From: Nitrospira sp.
Lineage (GTDB): Bacteria; Nitrospirota; Nitrospiria; Nitrospirales; Nitrospiraceae
Direction: 5' to 3'
NCBI GenBank assembly: GCA_047150005.1
Contig: AP038806.1
Span: 1,280,001-1,344,000, forward strand
DNA length: 64,000 bases
Shown: positions 58,238-64,000 of the stretch, in pieces
How the letters are laid out: every line of letters starts with the position of its first letter
Position numbering within the stretch: the stretch's first letter is position 1
Program-made: the position numbers and the translations under genes
Notes under the pieces: model-generated
The model's database searches: none
What the model saw: the letters and a program-made list of their open reading frames with translations, nothing else
Told to the model about the DNA's origin: nothing

Positions 58238-59719
58238 CTATCCCGCAACCCAGCCGTACAGCCTGTGGCTGGGCTCGGGCCCTTCCTCAAGGTAACTCAT
58301 CCTCATCCGTCCCAGATAGTCGCGAGGGACCTCGCGCCGGGTCGCCGTCACGTCGACGCCGAACACCCGCGCGGCATTCAATCCGAAGATCTTGGCTTTC
58401 ACGTCGCGGGTCAGAGGCTGATACCGATGCCGTTCGACGAATTCGTCGGGAATCTGGAATCGCCGGAATGCTTCGATCTGCCACTGAGGCGATCCGTACC
58501 AGATTGAATCCGTTCCCCACAGAACATGCTCGACTCCAAATGCCTCGACGATTTGTCCGATAAGATGCGCGCACATCTCCGGCCGGGCCGTCACCAGCTG
58601 CGCAAACGTCGATCCGAGTTCCATGTAGATATTGGTCATCCCCGGCTCGCGTTTCTTCATTCTGCAAAATTCCGTCGTCCACGGGATCTCGCCCGATTGG
58701 GCGAAGACGTCGTCGATCCCGGCCACGGTCTTGAAACCGGAGTGGTAAACCAAGAAGGTGATGTCGGGAAAATCTTTAGCCGCCTTGATGAGATCTTTCG
58801 GATGATTGTAGTCCGGTACGGGACCGAGCGGCAGGCCTTTGTGGACACAGACCCGCTTGACGTTCAGCTTCCGCGCCTGCTCGAGCATCGGATATGACAC
58901 CGTCTCATCGTCCATCCACCATCCCCGGTCGAACCCTTTCGGACAGGATCCCGTGTAACACTTCCAGGCCTCGATGCCCAACGTTTCGGCCTGCATGGCC
59001 ATGAAATCGAGGTCGGCCGAGCCCAATTGCGGAGTGGCCAGTCCGTGGGCGAGCATCCGGCGCGATCCGGCCAGCTCGTTGATTTCGTCGCGGATATGCG
59101 CCATTTCCTTCGGAGGAACGACCGCGGCTTGGGGATAGGGACCAGGAGGCGTGCTGATCAACCCGATCGACGTCTCACTGTCCAGAAATATTTCCTTCAC
59201 AAAGTTCTGCCACGACAAGTCATCCATCGTTCCTCGATCTCCGGCCAGGGCGGGATTGACGCCGGTTTCCCGGATTCGCCGCCTGAGGGCGATCAATGCC
59301 TGTTTGGACACCGCGCCCTTCCTTCGGCTCTCCGCGTCAGTCGGATCGTAATCCGTGCTCACGTAGTGCGTCTGCACGTCGAAGATGAAGTACGGATCGC
59401 CCTGCTGCTCGGCAAAGGCCGACGGCTCAAACAACTCCACCTCCCCGATGCCGAAGAAACGGCCGAAGATTCCGTTCATCGCCAGCAAGGCGGCGGCGAT
59501 GCCGCCCGTGCCGCGGAGGAACTCCCGCCTCGATATGCCGAGGCGCCCGGCCGCCCGGTCGGCCAGATGCGCGACCCGATATTCGACGCGACCTTGTTGG
59601 AGGGTCTGGGGAACGGGGATGAATTCCCCATTGGAAACGTTGCGTGTGGGGATCGGTGTGACGGACAGCGATCCCCTGGTGAACGAACCGGATCCGCCGG
59701 TGCGCTGAGGCGGCATCAT
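58238..59719 (-). CDS. Amidohydrolase_2 family protein with internal twin-arginine motif
   Basis: SRREFL, DVQTH, VHKG, YHSG, WGTDS; start after GAGGA RBS. Confidence 0.88.
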   Translation of the reverse strand: MMPPQRTGGSGSFTRGSLSVTPIPTRNVSNGEFIPVPQTLQQGRVEYRVAHLADRAAGRLGISRREFLRGTGGIAAALLAMNGIFGRFFGIGEVELFEPSAFAEQQGDPYFIFDVQTHYVSTDYDPTDAESRRKGAVSKQALIALRRRIRETGVNPALAGDRGTMDDLSWQNFVKEIFLDSETSIGLISTPPGPYPQAAVVPPKEMAHIRDEINELAGSRRMLAHGLATPQLGSADLDFMAMQAETLGIEAWKCYTGSCPKGFDRGWWMDDETVSYPMLEQARKLNVKRVCVHKGLPLGPVPDYNHPKDLIKAAKDFPDITFLVYHSGFKTVAGIDDVFAQSGEIPWTTEFCRMKKREPGMTNIYMELGSTFAQLVTARPEMCAHLIGQIVEAFGVEHVLWGTDSIWYGSPQWQIEAFRRFQIPDEFVERHRYQPLTRDVKAKIFGLNAARVFGVDVTATRREVPRDYLGRMRMSYLEEGPEPSHRLYGWVAG

Positions 59720-59746
59720 GTTCCTCGTAAGCCGGGTGACTGTCAG

Positions 59747-59775
59747 ATTCTGTGGAATACCGAGCGGGGTGTCAA
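59747..59775 (-). promoter_or_regulatory. Sigma70 promoter candidate of the amidohydrolase
   Basis: TTGACA-N17-CAGAAT. Confidence 0.5.
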
Positions 59776-59864
59776 GCAGAGCGGAGCCGGAGGGGCGTAC
59801 TGCGACAGATTGCCGCGGGGCCGAGCGATCGTCTCGCGAGCGGTCCCAAGGAGAGGGGGTGGTA

Positions 59865-62800
59865 TTACTTGGAGGCGCGTTTGGACTCGACCGCGCCGGA
59901 TTGGAGAGATGGAATCGCGACAACTACGTCCTGTCCGGGATCCCCGCCTTGATCCTTTCCGTCTCGGCCGACGCTATACAACAGACGCTTCTCCTGGTTG
60001 ATCAACATGGGAAATCCGGTGAACGGGTCATAGTACGCTTGCCCGGCCTTGGCAAGACGCGTCAGCACATCTCCTTCCTGAGGTCCACGACGAACCCAGA
60101 GTTGCAAGCTGGCCAGTCGCAATTGCGCATCGGTTTCGACCATCCGTCCCACATACGAGTCCCAGGAGGGTAAGGGGTCGATGCCGATGACGTGCTCGAG
60201 GGGATTGGCCCAGTAGTCGACGAAGCTCATGGCGGAGGTCCTGACAAACTGCGACCGTTTGGGAAGATTGACGTACCGCCCCTCTGCGACGGCCTTGTTG
60301 GCTGCTTCATAGTATTCAGCGTAGGCGTTTGCGCGCCGCTGCACAGGCAAAGGCATGGCGGCCGCCATCGACACGTAGAGCGGATGTGCTTCTGTCCGGT
60401 ATTTCTTCAGGTCGGCCGCGACGTTTCGTGTGGCCCAGGCAAACTGGCTCTGCATTGGCCATCGGACGGACAGCTCCAGTTGATCAAGGGGGCGCACGAT
60501 CTTGGACAGGCGATTGATCACCGCCGCATCCGCATCGGAACGGGTCAAAACCGACGAAGCCAACCTCACATCATCCTGCACCGCGGCGACTGCCAGCATC
60601 TTCATCATGAGTGTCTTGGATTGCCCGAGCACCGCTCTCCACGACTCCATGTCTTTCTCCAGTCTCGTTACCCCCGAAACCAGATCCTGATTGAAGCCCT
60701 CCATGAGATACAATCGGTGGGTCAGGAGCATGTGCGCGCAATTCGGACTGAGCATCTGCCCGAATCCCCAATCATCAAACGGCATCCCCAAGTACTGCTG
60801 ATATCTGGAAAGCGACGTCGTCTCCTTGGCCAGAAGGGATCGAAGCGCATCTGATCCGGCTTTCGCTTGCACGATAGGGTCGGCGCGTTTGAACCAGCCG
60901 TCTACGATGCCGGACCCCGACCCCGTACCGGATGCCGCGGTCTTGACCTCGTGCTCCGACATACACCCTTGAGATTGTGAGAGGTCTTGCTCATCCGGCT
61001 TACGTTCATATCCAACCTTCAACGGATCGCCGCCTGATGGAGCGTCGAAGCCCAGCAGCAGAAGGTAGCCATTACTCTTGGGATCGGTAATCGTCCGCTG
61101 CGGACCCGAGGTGAGAGTCTGATAACGCGGTGTCGGGGCTTCTTCCATTGCGATCCACGAGACGGCAAGTACTCCTACACCAAGCGCGAGGACGACCAGG
61201 CTGAGAATTGCCAGACTGACACACAACAACACGAATGCCCTGGTCGTCGAAAAGCAGGAGCCGAGGAGGGATGTGACGGTAAAACGCAGCCGCGCCAAGC
61301 GGGCGGACCATCGGAGAGCAGACCTCGGTGGTGTCGTATGTTCCGTCGTCTGAATGGCCTGACCTTGACCGCTCCCTCCAAAGAGCGCGTCGACGGCGGC
61401 GGCAACTGACGAGCGGCTCGGTTCCTCGAACGATCCGAACGATTCGGATCGGAGAAGCGGCATCGCAGATGCCGGCGCCGCAGGTTGCGCAAGCACAATC
61501 GCATCACTGGCTTGTACCCATTCCGGCCTCGTATCCTGCGGTGGCGGGACGGGCTCTTCCTCGGCAGGTCCCGGGAGCACGGTTGCGACTGTTTTATCCG
61601 CTCCGGTTGCTTCCCATCCCTGCGACAACTCGGAGACCGATTCGGTCGGTGCGTCCGCGCTTGCCGCGGGTCGCGGAGGTTCGCTCAAGTCGACCGATTG
61701 AGCCGCCCATGTCTTCTTTTCAACGGTCGGACGGTAATGTTGCACCGCGACCTCCCCGGTGTTCCACCAAGCGTCCGTTTCGCTCGAGGGAGTCGCGGTC
61801 CCTGTCGTCGCATTCGCCCCGGCAACATCCGGCGACATGTCCTTCACGAGTGGTTCCTGGACGTGAGCCGACTCCGTGAGAGCAGCGGCAGGAACGGTCT
61901 CCGTGTCGGGGGCAAGCCGGAACTCGGGAGAAGGCTTCTGCAGAGCGGCATCGAATTGGGCTGGTTCCGACGGAACGTTGTCCGCTCCCTGGTTCTCGAC
62001 GGTCCGACCCATCGGATCGCCGACCGCAGGGGAAGAAGCGACGGCATCCACACCCGCCGGTTCTAGAATCCGAGGCTCCTCGACCGGACTAGGCTCCGAA
62101 AGTTCCGAACTCGATTGGAGGCTCGTCGCCTGAGTCCAGAGGGGCTCCGGAACCCCGCTTTGCCGTTGGGGATCACTCGACGACGGCATGACAGGCGTGG
62201 TCGGTGCGATCGAAAATTCGAGCGGCGGCGCGGGCACAGAGGTTTCGACTTCTTGAGCACCGGCTGACGGCATGGAGGGGGGTTCAGAGGTCTCGACCAG
62301 CCTGTCCAGCAGCGCAGGCGGGACGTCCGACTCGGCCGCTACCGTCGATTCTGGTTCTTTCGGTATATCCGGAGTACCGGGGGCCGTCGTACCGACTGCA
62401 ATCTTCCAAGCAGAGTCGAAGATTGCGTTCCAGGAAAAGGACAAGGATGACGAAGGGGTAGGAGAGGGCTGAGATTCACCCGTGGATTCGGCCGGTTGAA
62501 TGATCGGCTCGGCTCCGATCACGCCTCGTTGGTCGATAGCGGCAGGGTACTCACTGGATGTGGGAGGAGAGAGCGGAATGGATGAAGACTCCGTGGATAA
62601 GGCCGGGGACGAGGCCGGCTCGGATTCGAGAATCGCCGGCTTGTCGGCGGACGACTCCGCCACGACCGGAGGCTCCGTGACGACCGGAGGCTCCGGCTCG
62701 ACAATCTCAAGACCCGGATCCGCGACATGTTCCCAAGGCATCCGCGACGGCATCGACGGAGGCTCGGTCGCGGGCGCATCGGCCGAATTTACGGAATCGA

Positions 62801-63809
62801 AAACCGATTCCGATATCGAGAGGCTCGGCGAAACGGATGCGAGGTCCGGCTCATAGCGCGGCAGGACCGGATCGGGTGACTCCTCAGGCGACCGGTCCAA
62901 TGCCGTTTGTGATTCCACCACGACGGCTTCGTGTTCCGACGGCAAACCGAAAGCGGAAGCGCCTGCGGACAGAGCCGGAACCGCAAGAGGCGATGGCGGC
63001 CTCTCCACGAGCGGCACTTCCATCTCCCGTACGGGAGGTGTGGACGCCAAGGCTGTCGAGTGATCTTCCAAGGAAGACATGGAAGCGGGAGAAGAAACCG
63101 GCGGCACCGACTCGTCCAGACGTTCCCATGGCATGACCTCCGTCATAGGGTTCGTCCTGTCCGAGATCGTCGAAGCATCACCCTGCGGAGGGTCTTCTCC
63201 ATCGCGCAGCGGCTCGCCTTCACGAGGTTGTCGTCGAAATTCGCCCGTCTGGATATCGAACGAGGAGGCGAACTGAAAGGCGACGGGACTGGCGGGGGCC
63301 AGCTCTCTGATCCTTCCGTAGAGCTGAGAAGGTTTCTGAGGGTGGTCAGGATCGGGGTCTTCCAATAGAATTTCGATCGCTTTTCCCAGTTCGGCCACGG
63401 CCGCCATCGCGTCCCCTTTTTCCTCGTACACATGGGCCAGGAGTTCGAGAAAGGGTATGCACCGAGGGCCGGCCGCGAGATACTCTCGCAGGAGGGATTC
63501 GGCGAGCCAGTAATCCTGTCTCCCGATCGCCTCATTGGCCAACGATTCAAACGCCTCCCTTGCCGTCACGAGGCTGCCCAGTCGAAGGTGCAGTGTGGCA
63601 AAGAGGCGGCGAGCCTCCATGTTTTGGGGATCGAGCACCAGGAGTTCTTTGAGCGTGGCGGACGACCGGCCGTACTTGCCGGCGTTCATGTGAGTGATGG
63701 CTTCTTCGAGGAGAGCGCTTTTCTTGCTGTACCCGACGACGCCCTGCTTGGGTCCTTTAGCCCCGGGTTTCTTGTCGGGTTTGTGTGATGCTCGTTTGTC
63801 GGTCCGCAC
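59865..63809 (-). CDS. Large membrane protein: N-terminal TPRs, long Pro/Ser/Glu linker, TM, C-terminal periplasmic domain
   Basis: TPR-like helices in the first ~185 aa, low-complexity middle, TM near aa 860-890. Confidence 0.85.
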   Translation of the reverse strand: MRTDKRASHKPDKKPGAKGPKQGVVGYSKKSALLEEAITHMNAGKYGRSSATLKELLVLDPQNMEARRLFATLHLRLGSLVTAREAFESLANEAIGRQDYWLAESLLREYLAAGPRCIPFLELLAHVYEEKGDAMAAVAELGKAIEILLEDPDPDHPQKPSQLYGRIRELAPASPVAFQFASSFDIQTGEFRRQPREGEPLRDGEDPPQGDASTISDRTNPMTEVMPWERLDESVPPVSSPASMSSLEDHSTALASTPPVREMEVPLVERPPSPLAVPALSAGASAFGLPSEHEAVVVESQTALDRSPEESPDPVLPRYEPDLASVSPSLSISESVFDSVNSADAPATEPPSMPSRMPWEHVADPGLEIVEPEPPVVTEPPVVAESSADKPAILESEPASSPALSTESSSIPLSPPTSSEYPAAIDQRGVIGAEPIIQPAESTGESQPSPTPSSSLSFSWNAIFDSAWKIAVGTTAPGTPDIPKEPESTVAAESDVPPALLDRLVETSEPPSMPSAGAQEVETSVPAPPLEFSIAPTTPVMPSSSDPQRQSGVPEPLWTQATSLQSSSELSEPSPVEEPRILEPAGVDAVASSPAVGDPMGRTVENQGADNVPSEPAQFDAALQKPSPEFRLAPDTETVPAAALTESAHVQEPLVKDMSPDVAGANATTGTATPSSETDAWWNTGEVAVQHYRPTVEKKTWAAQSVDLSEPPRPAASADAPTESVSELSQGWEATGADKTVATVLPGPAEEEPVPPPQDTRPEWVQASDAIVLAQPAAPASAMPLLRSESFGSFEEPSRSSVAAAVDALFGGSGQGQAIQTTEHTTPPRSALRWSARLARLRFTVTSLLGSCFSTTRAFVLLCVSLAILSLVVLALGVGVLAVSWIAMEEAPTPRYQTLTSGPQRTITDPKSNGYLLLLGFDAPSGGDPLKVGYERKPDEQDLSQSQGCMSEHEVKTAASGTGSGSGIVDGWFKRADPIVQAKAGSDALRSLLAKETTSLSRYQQYLGMPFDDWGFGQMLSPNCAHMLLTHRLYLMEGFNQDLVSGVTRLEKDMESWRAVLGQSKTLMMKMLAVAAVQDDVRLASSVLTRSDADAAVINRLSKIVRPLDQLELSVRWPMQSQFAWATRNVAADLKKYRTEAHPLYVSMAAAMPLPVQRRANAYAEYYEAANKAVAEGRYVNLPKRSQFVRTSAMSFVDYWANPLEHVIGIDPLPSWDSYVGRMVETDAQLRLASLQLWVRRGPQEGDVLTRLAKAGQAYYDPFTGFPMLINQEKRLLYSVGRDGKDQGGDPGQDVVVAIPSLQSGAVESKRASK

Positions 63810-63924
63810 GTTTCAACCTTACCAGATGATGGCTTGCACGCAGTGGTTCCGCCGCTTGCTCGAGCCTCGGCTCGATCGCGTGATTCGACTATGTCCGTGC
63901 GGAGTGAGGAACCGGATTGGCTTG

Positions 63925-63940
63925 TGCAATCCTGATGCCA
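63925..63940 (-). promoter_or_regulatory. Sigma54 promoter of the TPR gene
   Basis: TGGCATCAGGATTGCA, exact GG-N10-GC spacing. Confidence 0.75.
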
Positions 63941-64000
63941 TTGTGGCGCGAATGCCCGCAAGGATGAGCCTTTAATTCCGGTCGGTTAGCCCGATCCTGT

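Overview
GC-rich chromosomal segment of a nitrite-oxidising Nitrospira. The assignment rests on a periplasmic-type (Tat-exported) nitrite oxidoreductase nxrA-nxrB pair. The window holds about 55 CDS, mostly on the minus strand. They include a HEAT-repeat gene cluster, polA, nth, rpsU, an FTCD-like gene, tusA/dsrE sulfur-relay genes, a Kef-type antiporter, a four-helix-bundle/HemD fusion, a ~1600-aa multicopper oxidase, a GAF-type sigma54 activator, a stand-alone CHASE3 protein, tdh-kbl, an envelope cluster (MlaA, OMP barrel, TRL-like lipoprotein, DUF4105/Lnb-like, DUF3015 plus a broken paralogue) and a 1314-aa TPR membrane protein. I saw no rRNA, tRNA, CRISPR array or transposase. The main signal is an apparent sigma54 regulon. 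Both nxrAB and the giant multicopper oxidase have correctly spaced -24/-12 promoters and share GCGA-N4-TCGC upstream palindromes, and the activator and orphan sensor genes lie between them. Other points of interest are a 12-nt start-less Shine-Dalgarno in the nxrA leader, AGTGCTG heptamer inverted-repeat elements, and several probable pseudo-enzymes. All family calls come from motif recognition by eye, with no database searches.
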